A stretch of 64,000 bases of DNA, taken from positions 8,888 to 72,887 of the IMG/VR virus record IMGVR_UViG_3300005662_000036; one strand, written 5' to 3'. The DNA comes from a virus. Lineage: Duplodnaviria; Caudoviricetes. The position numbers and the translations under genes are program-made. Below are positions 28,794 to 38,307 of the stretch, one piece after another; the stretch's first letter is position 1; each line of letters starts with the position of its first letter. The notes beneath the pieces are model-generated. The model made no database searches and was not told the origin of the DNA. It was given only the letters and a program-made list of their open reading frames with translations.

Positions 28794-30803
28794 ATGCCTG
28801 CATGCCAACATACAATAAAAATCTCACCAAGCGAATGCATGGGAGATTCTTTAGAAAAGATCAATCATAATTTTGTAAATTTAGACAGATCATTGTGTTC
28901 ACAACCTGTATTAACAGACAATGTTGGTTCCGAAATTACCACCTTTGTTACAGAACAAATGAAAAACACAGTTAGTGTGTTGCCTACAACTCCCTTTGTT
29001 TATAACACTTATGTTGATTCAGTTGATGGAGGAGCAATTAATACATCTCTTTTGTTACCAGATGGTACAAATATAAAATCTACAAAACTCCCTTACAATA
29101 ATTTGTTTGCCAGCGTCAAACCAACGATTAGTTTTTCTACAGTAGCATTAACAAACGAGCCACCAACAGTCACTTTGTATTGGTTAGCACCAGGATCAAA
29201 CACAAGCACGGTGTTTGACTTAAATAGCGCAACATCCGAAACAAGCCGAGGAAGTATCTGGTTTAACGACTCAATAACAGCGTTAACAGAAGAAGGCTCA
29301 ACTCTGTATGTTGGAGGTAAATTCACTCAAGTTGGTGGGACACTTTGCGAAAAATTTGCAATAATAGACAGAACAACTTCAACTGGACAGCTTCTATCAA
29401 ACCCAATTCCGTTTTTAGGTACTATTGGAGAAATTAGAAAAATTATCAAAACAACAGCAACTAAAGGAATCGACACAAAAGATATATTAATTCTTGCTGG
29501 GTCATTCCAAAATCCAGGAGCAAGAGGTCGAGGGTTATTGATTTATAGTATCACCGATGATTTAGTATATCCGTTTTATGTAAACGGAGATGTTAACGCT
29601 ATATTTGAAATAAATCAAACGTTATACGTTGGCGGTTGTTTCGACTATGTTAACTATGGTACTGGAGCAGCATCAATATTTTCAGGACAAAGAGTAAATT
29701 CTAGTGGGTTTTTTGCGGTTGATTTATCTGGGCTTTTAAACGGCTTAACTAAAGGTGCTATTCTTGATATGTCGTCGTTTTTAGGACCTCACACGACAAT
29801 TAATGATTTTGCTTATTTTCAAGGAATTCTTTTCTTAGGAGGAGAATTCAAAGTACTAGATGACACAGGTAATTTAATGTGTCAGAATGCTTGTTCAGTT
29901 GATGTTACAGGTAAATTATTAACTAATTGGAAGCCTATATTTAACGGTCCAGTTTTCACTTTGCATATAGATAACAATATAGGTCTAGGAGATTCTGCTT
30001 ATCTTTATTTGGGTGGACTTTTTACTAAATTTTATACAAACTCGCTTTTCTATCTAAGGCCTCGACCTGAAGATTACAATCAAACGGTTTTTTATAATGC
30101 TGCTGCTATTCAACTTACAAATGTATCTTCTTTACTTACAAATCCTAGAATTGTAGCCGATTGGAAACCTAAATTTTCGGATAAAGTCACTAGATTTGCT
30201 TCTCATGATTCTAATCCTTCTAGTCATATTTACTGCTATACGAACTCCACCAATATAAACGATAGATCTTGTGGTTATCTAGCAGCTGTAGCTAAAGCAT
30301 CCGCTTTTAATAAAGGAGAATTATTAGAAGATTGGCAAAGTGCAATTCAAGGAGCACCAGAACAAATAAATAGTTCTTTAGTTAAAAACACTTCAAATGG
30401 AAGCTTAATTGTGGGTGGAAGTTTTTCTAAAGTCGGAAAACACTTGCGATATAATTTAGCAGAAATAGGAGACACTGACAACACAGTTTATTCATCTCCC
30501 TTATCTAGTGTTTCATTTGATTTTGGAGCTCATGTGGTTACTCCAGGTACTCCATATGCGTTAAACACAACTTCCAATACAGTTCAACGGAGAACATCAA
30601 CATGTTCTATTGAAAATACAATTAATGCCACAACGTTTTCTGTACCTAAAGAAGAGTTTAGAGGAGTAGCACCAGGTCAATTAATTCGTTTTTTTGTAAA
30701 ACGACCAGGCAATTCAACTTCTTATGGCTCTTTACCTTCTGTAGATGATACATTTAAAGGAGATGTTCATGTTGTTGGTTGGAAAGTAGATTTCAACAGA
30801 TAA
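28794..30803 (+). CDS. virion fibre/adhesin with beta-propeller blades (paralog B)
   Basis: Homologous to the 25993 ORF ('TVTLYW...STVF', LYVGG blades, C-terminal 'VDFN'). Confidence 0.65.
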   Translation: MPACQHTIKISPSECMGDSLEKINHNFVNLDRSLCSQPVLTDNVGSEITTFVTEQMKNTVSVLPTTPFVYNTYVDSVDGGAINTSLLLPDGTNIKSTKLPYNNLFASVKPTISFSTVALTNEPPTVTLYWLAPGSNTSTVFDLNSATSETSRGSIWFNDSITALTEEGSTLYVGGKFTQVGGTLCEKFAIIDRTTSTGQLLSNPIPFLGTIGEIRKIIKTTATKGIDTKDILILAGSFQNPGARGRGLLIYSITDDLVYPFYVNGDVNAIFEINQTLYVGGCFDYVNYGTGAASIFSGQRVNSSGFFAVDLSGLLNGLTKGAILDMSSFLGPHTTINDFAYFQGILFLGGEFKVLDDTGNLMCQNACSVDVTGKLLTNWKPIFNGPVFTLHIDNNIGLGDSAYLYLGGLFTKFYTNSLFYLRPRPEDYNQTVFYNAAAIQLTNVSSLLTNPRIVADWKPKFSDKVTRFASHDSNPSSHIYCYTNSTNINDRSCGYLAAVAKASAFNKGELLEDWQSAIQGAPEQINSSLVKNTSNGSLIVGGSFSKVGKHLRYNLAEIGDTDNTVYSSPLSSVSFDFGAHVVTPGTPYALNTTSNTVQRRTSTCSIENTINATTFSVPKEEFRGVAPGQLIRFFVKRPGNSTSYGSLPSVDDTFKGDVHVVGWKVDFNR

Positions 30804-30811
30804 ATAAAGTT

Positions 30812-31042
30812 ATGACATTAAACGGCATACCTATTTCAGAAGATTCTTGTATTGGAGATTCTCTTCAATATATTAATAGTGCATATGTAACACTTTCCGC
30901 AAGAGTTTTAGTAACAACGGGTAATTTACCACCAGCGTTTGTTCCTTCTTTTATTGGTCAAGAGTATTTAGATATTGCAACGAATAAATTTTATAAAGCA
31001 GTTGGCACGACGCACCCAACTGATTGGGTTGTTTTAAATTAA
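30812..31042 (+). CDS. small fibre-associated protein
   Basis: N-terminal 'SCIGDSLQYIN' motif; C-terminal 'PSFIGQEYLD...YKAVGT...DW'; ATG 11 nt after TAAATA. Confidence 0.65.
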   Translation: MTLNGIPISEDSCIGDSLQYINSAYVTLSARVLVTTGNLPPAFVPSFIGQEYLDIATNKFYKAVGTTHPTDWVVLN

Positions 31043-31046
31043 CCAA

Positions 31047-31913
31047 ATGGCAATCGGAACTGGCATAACTTGCGATTTAGTACAAATAATCGATCGTAAC
31101 GAGTGTATAGGTAACAGTCTACCTACTCTTAATACTAACTTTGTTGAAATAAACAATGGCTTGTGTGAGCTAACAAATTATGCGGAGTATCTTACATCTT
31201 TAGTTGATACTGTAAGTGCCCGACTAGCATTAACAGTCAAACAACTCGTACCTGTAGGCTCTATACAAACTTTTAGTTATCAAAACGCAAACCCAGACAA
31301 TTTAAATTCGGTATTACCTTTTGGTTGGTATCCGTGTGAAGGACAAATAGTTCCAATCTCTACTCATTTAGATTTAGCAAAAGTGTTGTATATTGGCAAT
31401 TCAAACAATTCAAATCTTGATTTTGACTTTGGATACAAATGCACAGCTACGGGGGTTCGAAATATTCAAGGAATGTATATCAAGCTTCCTGATTTAAGAG
31501 GTTATTTTGTTAGAGGTCACGGAACAAATTCAGACGGTATAAAATCACATGCTTTTGGTAAAAAAATTGCCGACACATTTCAAGGTCATCATCATGATAT
31601 TGATGATCCAAAACATGCTCACACTTACACAGAACCAAACGGAGGACAAGGACACAAACATAAAGTAAAAACTGGTAATCCTGAGTGGACAATGTTAGGT
31701 TTGATTCCTTCTGATGGTTGGTGGGTCGGCTCAGATTCTAGGTGGACAGAATATGCAACTACCGACATTGTAATAAATGACTCTAGTACAAACGTTAAAG
31801 TCTTGTCACCAATTACGGATAAGATAAACGGAGTCCCTAGAGTTGATTTTGAAACTCGTCCGAGAAACATTGCACTTCAATTTGGAATCAAGTGGTACAA
31901 CGAAATGATTTAA
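31047..31913 (+). CDS. short tail fibre with collar domain (paralog 1)
   Basis: 'VPVGSIQTF...GWYPCEG', 'LPDLRGYFVRG', HxH motifs, 'ETRPRNIAL'. Confidence 0.85.
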   Translation: MAIGTGITCDLVQIIDRNECIGNSLPTLNTNFVEINNGLCELTNYAEYLTSLVDTVSARLALTVKQLVPVGSIQTFSYQNANPDNLNSVLPFGWYPCEGQIVPISTHLDLAKVLYIGNSNNSNLDFDFGYKCTATGVRNIQGMYIKLPDLRGYFVRGHGTNSDGIKSHAFGKKIADTFQGHHHDIDDPKHAHTYTEPNGGQGHKHKVKTGNPEWTMLGLIPSDGWWVGSDSRWTEYATTDIVINDSSTNVKVLSPITDKINGVPRVDFETRPRNIALQFGIKWYNEMI

Positions 31914-31916
31914 TTT

Positions 31917-32798
31917 ATGTCTATAGGAACGGGATTCACTTGCGATATAATTGAGCAGATAGAAAGAAATGCCTGCCTTGGGAATGGACTGCTTACAATG
32001 AATCAAAATTTTTCTGCTATAGATTTAGCTATGTGCAAGCTAACTAATTACTACGGAACCTTTTTAAGAACCCGAGTTGTTGAATTGAGTACTAGATTAA
32101 ATTTAGCAGTAAAACAAAGAGTTCCAGTTGGAACAATACAACAATTTAGTTATATACATCAAAACACTCAAAATCTTGATGCTGTGTTACCATTTGGCTG
32201 GTATCCATGTATTGGACAAACGATATTAATATCGGACCATCAATCTTTAGCTAATGTTTTATATGTTGGTAATGCAAAAAACAATGATCCGAAATATTCT
32301 TTTGGATTTAAATGTACGTCTACCGGCACCAGAAGCTGGAATGGACTGTACATTAAACTACCGGATTTGAGAGGATATTTTGTTAGAGGACAAGGAAAAA
32401 ACTCAGATGCAATACAATCTGATAAGTTTGGATACAAAGCGCTAGATGCATTTCAAGGACACAAGCACGATTCAACTAATCCCACTCATAGTCACCCTTA
32501 TACAGAACCAAACGGAGGACAAGGACATCAACACAAACTAAAAAAAGGAAGACAAGATACCAGAACCAATTTCGATCCATTGTTTCCGGTTCCTTCAGAC
32601 GGTTGGTGGCACGGAGATGATAAGGAAGATACAACATACGAAACAATAGACATTACTATACAACCTGCATTTACTAATGTTAAATTTACTAACCCGATTT
32701 CCGATGGTTCTAACGGATTACCTCGAGTTGATTTTGAAACAAGGCCTAGAAACATTGCTATTCAATATGGTATTAAGTGGTATAATGATATGATATAA
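31917..32798 (+). CDS. short tail fibre with collar domain (paralog 2)
   Basis: Same collar and tip motifs as the upstream paralog. Confidence 0.85.
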   Translation: MSIGTGFTCDIIEQIERNACLGNGLLTMNQNFSAIDLAMCKLTNYYGTFLRTRVVELSTRLNLAVKQRVPVGTIQQFSYIHQNTQNLDAVLPFGWYPCIGQTILISDHQSLANVLYVGNAKNNDPKYSFGFKCTSTGTRSWNGLYIKLPDLRGYFVRGQGKNSDAIQSDKFGYKALDAFQGHKHDSTNPTHSHPYTEPNGGQGHQHKLKKGRQDTRTNFDPLFPVPSDGWWHGDDKEDTTYETIDITIQPAFTNVKFTNPISDGSNGLPRVDFETRPRNIAIQYGIKWYNDMI

Positions 32799-32836
32799 AA
32801 AAAGCCTCTAACACTTAGTATTAGAGGCTTTTTTTT
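32797..32836. terminator. bidirectional rho-independent terminator
   Basis: AAGCCTCTAA/TTAGAGGCTT stem with flanking A- and T-tracts between convergent genes. Confidence 0.85.
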
Positions 32837-32855
32837 GTGTTTAGTTACTTTAAAT

Positions 32856-33341
32856 TTAAACCACCTTAATATCAATATCAATCGTTTCTGGTTTTACGAC
32901 TGGTATGATAATATTTAGTAGGCCATCTTTGTACGTAGAACTAATTTTTTTAGAGTTTACTTTTTCATCTAAATTAAAGGTAAGACTACCTTTTCGTCTA
33001 CTGATTCCACGTTTGAGGTACGTGATTGTGTCTATTTGAGCTGTTTCTTCTTTGTCCTTGTCAATATCGATATGCAACTTGCCGTCTCTTACTTTGACAT
33101 CAATGTTTTCTTTACCAATACCAGCAAGAGCTACTTCCACTTCGTATTGTAGAACCTCTTCCTTGGAATTTCTTACTTGGATTACATTGTATGGATAAAC
33201 AGCATTTGGAACATCAAACGCTTTATCTACTTCTCCAAAGATATTGTTGAGCCAGTTGTCATTAAACAGAGCAGGTAACTGGCGATAAACCCTTTCTGTG
33301 GACGCAAAATGTCCAGGAACGTATGTTGCTAATTGTGTCAT
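32856..33341 (-). CDS. hsp20: small heat-shock protein (Hsp20/IbpA family)
   Basis: 'YPYNVI', 'EVALAG', 'YLKRGISRR', 'YKDGLLNI'. Confidence 0.92.
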   Translation of the reverse strand: MTQLATYVPGHFASTERVYRQLPALFNDNWLNNIFGEVDKAFDVPNAVYPYNVIQVRNSKEEVLQYEVEVALAGIGKENIDVKVRDGKLHIDIDKDKEETAQIDTITYLKRGISRRKGSLTFNLDEKVNSKKISSTYKDGLLNIIIPVVKPETIDIDIKVV

Positions 33342-33428
33342 AATTTTATTAATCTATGTTTGTTATTGTGCTGGCCACGTAATTGTGCACCAGGACAAAT
33401 TTTATTTATCTTTTAATTGTATTTTTTT

Positions 33429-34520
33429 TCAACTAAAATATAGTCCACCATCAATTTCAAGAGGATCGACTGTTGTTAAAAATATATCAGTTAAGTTTTG
33501 AGAGCCAGAAAGAATGGGTCCGAGAGAGCTCAACCCTTCTGTCGTAATAAAGCCACTTGAACTTTCAAGTATATTGTTTGGAAATGTTATACTGCCGTCT
33601 GTATTCAGTTGTAATGTGTGAGGACCTGAAACAAGTCTATCTGAAACTCCCCCACCTCCTCCTGTAGTTAGTAAATTACTTATATCAACTCCTGCTGATA
33701 AAATTCTCCCAGTAACGTTGAGATCGCCGTTCATTGTTCCTCCTGCTGCATACTGAACAGCGTTGGTTCCACCTCCTCCGCCTCCAGTAAAGCTATATTG
33801 AGCTATTTGTTCTTTAAATCTATTAATTTCTAATGCAACTTGTTCCGCAACTAATTTCTTTACAGTGTCGCGCATTTTTGATTTTTTTTTCTGTTTATTT
33901 GCATAAACAGAACCGGTCGCAGTTAAGTTTTTTAAATAATCATTAACTTTGTTGGTTTGAGCCGGCTCGCCGTTTGTGGGTTGATTATCTTGTAATGGTG
34001 GAAGTTGTTGTTCTTCTTTTAACAGAGACTCTTCTTTTAACAGAGACTCTTCTTTTAAGGGAGACTCTTTTCTTAAACTACAAAGCAACGTAGTGAGAAA
34101 AGAGCTAAACGGATCAGATTTTGAGGTTTCTTCAAGTGCTTCTTCTAATACTTCCTCAACAACGGTTTCTATAGTTTCGTTGATTTCATCTGTGACTTCC
34201 GTATCGCTTGATTCGTGTTGAATTTCTTTTTGTTGATTGCTTTTTATAGCGTTTAACATGTTTACAAGAAACTCATCAAACGGATCAGACGTAATGTCTT
34301 CTTTCGTTTGAATTTCAGTGTTGAGCAAAGTAGCTGTTTTTTCTTTCTGTTGTTGATCAGCTTTTATATTTTCTTTAAGAATTGTTAGAAACTTAGCAAA
34401 AGAGTCCGTATTATTGTTGATCGCTTCAGTATTAGAGATTGTTGGCTGTGCACAAGATTTTTGCATAACCATCTCGCATGCTTCTTCTAAAGAAAACGTT
34501 TGAATATCTTTCTTAATCAC
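33429..34520 (-). CDS. hypothetical structural-like protein (acidic N-half, poly-Gly hinge, C-terminal DGG motif)
   Basis: 'GGGGGGTNAVQYAAGGTMNGDLNVTG', ends LEIDGGLYFS; GTG start. Confidence 0.65.
   Translation of the reverse strand: MIKKDIQTFSLEEACEMVMQKSCAQPTISNTEAINNNTDSFAKFLTILKENIKADQQQKEKTATLLNTEIQTKEDITSDPFDEFLVNMLNAIKSNQQKEIQHESSDTEVTDEINETIETVVEEVLEEALEETSKSDPFSSFLTTLLCSLRKESPLKEESLLKEESLLKEEQQLPPLQDNQPTNGEPAQTNKVNDYLKNLTATGSVYANKQKKKSKMRDTVKKLVAEQVALEINRFKEQIAQYSFTGGGGGGTNAVQYAAGGTMNGDLNVTGRILSAGVDISNLLTTGGGGGVSDRLVSGPHTLQLNTDGSITFPNNILESSSGFITTEGLSSLGPILSGSQNLTDIFLTTVDPLEIDGGLYFS
34012..34068. repeat. 18-nt in-frame tandem repeat x3 (EESLLK/EESPLK)
   Basis: tcttcttttaacagagac twice, then tcttcttttaagggagac. 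Confidence 0.9.
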
Positions 34521-34536
34521 GATAGCTTTATTTATT

Positions 34537-34570
34537 AAAAACCCTCTAGGTTGGTAGCCTAGAGGGTTTT
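34537..34570. terminator. rho-independent terminator
   Basis: AAAACCCTCTAGG/CCTAGAGGGTTTT stem downstream of the 74-aa minus-strand ORF. Confidence 0.8.
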
Positions 34571-34590
34571 CGGGTTCGACTCATTGTATG

Positions 34591-34815
34591 TTAAAGACCT
34601 TTGTCTTCAACAAATTGATAGAGCTCTTCAGCTCTTTTAAGAATGTCTGCTGTCTTTGGAAAAAGACTGTCAATGACTTCTGTTGACGGATTAATCATAT
34701 GTCCTTTTGCATCATATGTACGATGTTTATTGAGTTTTTCAATAAACCTCATACTTTCATCGGAATGAGCCATTTGCAGTACATCCAAGCGAATTTCGTA
34801 AGCGTTTTTAGGCAT
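34591..34815 (-). CDS. conserved-type small phage hypothetical protein
   Basis: 'NAYEIRLDVLQMA...DILKRAEELYQFV' pattern recalled from T4-like phages. Confidence 0.75.
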   Translation of the reverse strand: MPKNAYEIRLDVLQMAHSDESMRFIEKLNKHRTYDAKGHMINPSTEVIDSLFPKTADILKRAEELYQFVEDKGL

Positions 34816-34871
34816 AGTGTGTGTGTTCCTTTCTAAAGCAACATGTGTGTGTTTATTGCTTTAGTTAATTA

Positions 34872-36530
34872 TCATGCCTCACAAGATTGGCAACTCATAA
34901 TTGTTCTAGCAAGTTTTTGCGAAGGGTTGGACGATCTTTGATAATAAAAAGTTTTTATGCCTTGTTCCCACCCAAAAATTAACAGTTCGTTTACTTCTTT
35001 TGGTTTAGCATCGTGCGGAATCATTAAATTTAAACTTTGTGATTGATCGATGTATTTTTGTCTTTGAGCAGCTTGGATTACGATTTCTTTTTGAGAAATC
35101 TCGCCAAAAGTTTTGAACACATTTTTTTCATGATCTGATAAAAAATCAAGATGCTGAACAGAACCACCATGAGAAAGAACCGACTTCCACGTTTCATCAT
35201 CATTTTTGTCTTTTTCTTTTAGCAATTGTTTGAGATACGGGTTTTTATAGGTAAATTTGCCTTTAGCAAGGTCTTTTACATAATAGCAACTATTTTCAGG
35301 CTCAATTGATGGGGATACTTGACCTAAAATAAAACTAGAAGAAGTAGTTGGAGCAACAGCTAGTGTTGTCGTATTTCTTCTTTTTTCTTTTGAATCTTTG
35401 TATATTGGAGCTTCTCCAAATTCCAAAGCTAATTGCTGAGTAGCTTTATCTGCTCTTTCTCTAATAATTTTCCAAATTTCAACGTTAAGTAGTTTAGCGT
35501 CAAATGACTCAAATGCTATCATTTTAGATTGTAGCAAAGAGTGCCATCCGAGAACTCCAACGCCAAGAGCTCGTTGATTAATTGCGAATTTTCTAGGAGC
35601 TTCCATGAATTGCATTCCTTCGGTTTTGTTAATAAACTCTGTCATGACTGCATCTAAGAATTGCACAAGCGTTTCTACAGCATCCGTATCTTTAATCGCG
35701 TCCCAACGTTCGAGATTTAAAGAGGAAAGATCACACACAAACGACTCATCTTCATCATTCGACAAAGCAATTTCACTACAAAGGTTTGAATTATTAATTT
35801 TTTTTCCTTTATCTTTGTAAATTTGAGGAGCACCTTTATTAACAGTGTCAGAAAACATTATATATGGATATCCGGATTCAAATCTTTTTTTGATTACTTT
35901 AGACCAAATGCTTCTTTTTTCTTTGTCTCCTTCTATCATTTCTTTCATCCATTGATCAGGAACGCAAACAGCAAAAGACATTTCTTGTATGTCATGACCT
36001 TCTGAGCGAATTTCGAGAAACTCTTCGATGTCTTTATGGTCAATTGGTAAATATGCAGCAAAAGAACCTCGACGAACATTTCCTTGAGATACAACATTCA
36101 TTAGTTTGTTGTAAAGCTCCATAAAATGAACTGATCCAGTAGATTCTCCGCCGCAAGTAATTGGAGTGCCACGACCACGAATTGTTCCAAAGTATGCAGA
36201 AGTCCCACCACCATGTTTTGTCATTATTCCTACTTCTGCTACTTTATAAAGGATCGATTCCATTGTATCAGAAATGTAAGAACCGAAACATGAAATCGGT
36301 AGACCACGCGTTCTTCCAAAATTTGACCAAATAGGCGATGACAGACTATAAAACCCAAGAGACATATAACTTGTAAATTTTTCAGCAAACCCTTGAATGT
36401 TTAAATACTTTTCAGCAGCTAAAGCAATATCTTTGATTCGCTGTTCTGCTGTTTCTCCCTCTAACAAATATCCACGCTCCAAAAACTTTCGTGAATCTTT
36501 GTTTAGCCAATAAAAATTATCTTTGTGCAT
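34872..36530 (-). CDS. nrdA: ribonucleotide reductase class I alpha subunit (short, no ATP cone)
   Basis: 'LSSP','PISCF','RRGS','NLCSEI','APTTSSS','GIKTFYY', C-terminal CQSC. Confidence 0.96.
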   Translation of the reverse strand: MHKDNFYWLNKDSRKFLERGYLLEGETAEQRIKDIALAAEKYLNIQGFAEKFTSYMSLGFYSLSSPIWSNFGRTRGLPISCFGSYISDTMESILYKVAEVGIMTKHGGGTSAYFGTIRGRGTPITCGGESTGSVHFMELYNKLMNVVSQGNVRRGSFAAYLPIDHKDIEEFLEIRSEGHDIQEMSFAVCVPDQWMKEMIEGDKEKRSIWSKVIKKRFESGYPYIMFSDTVNKGAPQIYKDKGKKINNSNLCSEIALSNDEDESFVCDLSSLNLERWDAIKDTDAVETLVQFLDAVMTEFINKTEGMQFMEAPRKFAINQRALGVGVLGWHSLLQSKMIAFESFDAKLLNVEIWKIIRERADKATQQLALEFGEAPIYKDSKEKRRNTTTLAVAPTTSSSFILGQVSPSIEPENSCYYVKDLAKGKFTYKNPYLKQLLKEKDKNDDETWKSVLSHGGSVQHLDFLSDHEKNVFKTFGEISQKEIVIQAAQRQKYIDQSQSLNLMIPHDAKPKEVNELLIFGWEQGIKTFYYQRSSNPSQKLARTIMSCQSCEA

Positions 36531-36541
36531 ATAGTTATAAT

Positions 36542-37534
36542 TTAGAATAAATCTTCTTCTGAAAACGATTGGTTCTTCTTAGCATAACCAACTGGCCTGC
36601 TGTGAAAAAAGTCTGTTGCGTTTTCTCCGAGCAATTCTTCATCAAACCATACTGTAGTCTTTAATAATTCTTTGTCAACGTCGAAAGCTTTTTTAAATTT
36701 AATTTGTTTAAGAGATTCATTAATTCTGTTTTTAATAAATTCTTTAAGAATAGGAGCACTTAATCCTTCTTCTTGTATGCCATTCACCATCCAATCCACA
36801 ATTTTTGATTCGGAGTTAAACGCTTCTTGTGCTTCATGGAGAATTCTCTCTTCAAGCTCTTCATCGAATAATTCTGGATATTCTTTTCTAATAGTATTAA
36901 TAATTTGAATACCAATCAACGCGTGTAAATTTTCTTCGTTGCGAGTGTACTTTACTTGTTGATCTGTATCTTTTAATACGTTTTTAAATCTAGCAAACCA
37001 ATTCACTACGTAAAATTGCGAAAACAGAGAAACATTCTCAACAAACAATGTAAACAAGATTAAAGCGTACAAGTATTGTTTTTTAGAATCTTTATAGAAT
37101 TTATGAGTGTATTTTTTGAGATATTTAACTCTGCCTTGAATCCAATCTAACTTAAGATTTTCTTCAAATACATCTTCTAATCCTAAAACAGTCAACAACC
37201 GTTCATATGCATTATTATGAATGACTTCTGTATTGGCCATAACATAACCAAGGTCAGCAAGAGAAGGATGTGGAAGATTTTCCCCAAGTTTTGCCCAAAA
37301 AGTTTTTACAGCAACTTCAATCTGACCGATTGCAGACAATGTGCGTATCACTATTTGTTTTTCTTGTTCAGTTAAAGTAACTTTGAAATTTTGAATGTCA
37401 GACTTAAAATTAAATTCTTTATCTGTCCAAAATCCGTTATGAATAGCTTCTGTGTATTTTTCTGTCCATGGATACAAATTTGGCTTTCTCGAAATTTGTT
37501 CGTCGAATATTTTAAGGATTTGTTGAGTTTTCAT
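36542..37534 (-). CDS. nrdB: ribonucleotide reductase class I beta subunit (class Id signature)
   Basis: 'QIEVAVKTFW', 'EVIHNNAY', 'VENVSLFSQF', 'EENLH', 'DFFHSRPVGY...EEDLF'. Confidence 0.96.
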   Translation of the reverse strand: MKTQQILKIFDEQISRKPNLYPWTEKYTEAIHNGFWTDKEFNFKSDIQNFKVTLTEQEKQIVIRTLSAIGQIEVAVKTFWAKLGENLPHPSLADLGYVMANTEVIHNNAYERLLTVLGLEDVFEENLKLDWIQGRVKYLKKYTHKFYKDSKKQYLYALILFTLFVENVSLFSQFYVVNWFARFKNVLKDTDQQVKYTRNEENLHALIGIQIINTIRKEYPELFDEELEERILHEAQEAFNSESKIVDWMVNGIQEEGLSAPILKEFIKNRINESLKQIKFKKAFDVDKELLKTTVWFDEELLGENATDFFHSRPVGYAKKNQSFSEEDLF

Positions 37535-37719
37535 AATTCGTTTTGTTCATCTAGAGTTGGTTCTTTCCACCACCAAAAATTTATTTTTTCATCATACACA
37601 ATGGAAAGATTCATACATTTTTGATAAAGGTAAAATGTAAAATCAAAATTAAATCTACAAGCAATATCTCCAATTGTGTAAAAAAAGAATACGAGAAATT
37701 TATACCATGTTGTTTTCAT
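37531..37719 (-). CDS. small hypothetical protein, possibly membrane-associated
   Basis: 62 aa, aromatic-rich; stop overlaps the nrdB start. Confidence 0.5.
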   Translation of the reverse strand: MKTTWYKFLVFFFYTIGDIACRFNFDFTFYLYQKCMNLSIVYDEKINFWWWKEPTLDEQNEL

Positions 37720-37763
37720 TATTTTTGAATATAGGTCGTTCGTGGGTTTAAATTCAGGTTTTT

Positions 37764-38303
37764 TTAACTTTTGGGCTTAAAGTTTCCTCCGCCAGGCTTT
37801 GAATCATCCCATTTATTCGAATTAGGAAGAACTGTGTTTGTGTTAGTTAAATTAAGTTCGGCGTTTATTTCGGGTTGTTCTGCCTTTATTTCTTCCGGTC
37901 CATGTACGTTGTTTTTTCTTCTAACACTATCAGGAACAGGACCTCTATTTATTCCATCACTGATTACTTCAACAACTTCAAAAGGAACAGTCATCGGATT
38001 TCTATATAAGCCTGGAGCATATTCAATATAAATATCAAGAAATACACCATCAGGAGCTGAAAATCCGCATTGAAAATTGTAGCTAGACGTCGGATATACA
38101 CTTTTAATAGCACCAACTCTCAAATTTAAGTCAAACGTTGGTTCCATACAAGCTTTTATTATCTCTTGATAGGATGGAGCTCTACTAGAGATATATTGAT
38201 GTTTTAAAGCATCTGATTTAAATTTAATGCGATCACCAACAATAATTCCCCCAGTCTCGAAGCGTTCAAGCTCTCGTTCATATAAGACATCGAATTGTTT
38301 CAT
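37764..38303 (-). CDS. hypothetical protein
   Basis: 179 aa; N-terminus MKQFDVLYE; TAAATA 12 nt upstream. Confidence 0.75.
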   Translation of the reverse strand: MKQFDVLYERELERFETGGIIVGDRIKFKSDALKHQYISSRAPSYQEIIKACMEPTFDLNLRVGAIKSVYPTSSYNFQCGFSAPDGVFLDIYIEYAPGLYRNPMTVPFEVVEVISDGINRGPVPDSVRRKNNVHGPEEIKAEQPEINAELNLTNTNTVLPNSNKWDDSKPGGGNFKPKS

Positions 38304-38307
38304 CTCT

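Noticed and set aside
34571-34585. GGTTCGACTC resembling a tRNA T-loop
   Set aside because: Flanking bases do not form a T-stem or cloverleaf; the upstream hairpin is a terminator
34872-37534. Introns, inteins or homing endonucleases in nrdA/nrdB (also checked in portal and gp44)
   Set aside because: Motifs are contiguous, lengths are normal or short, and no LAGLIDADG, HNH, GIY-YIG or intein motifs were recognised
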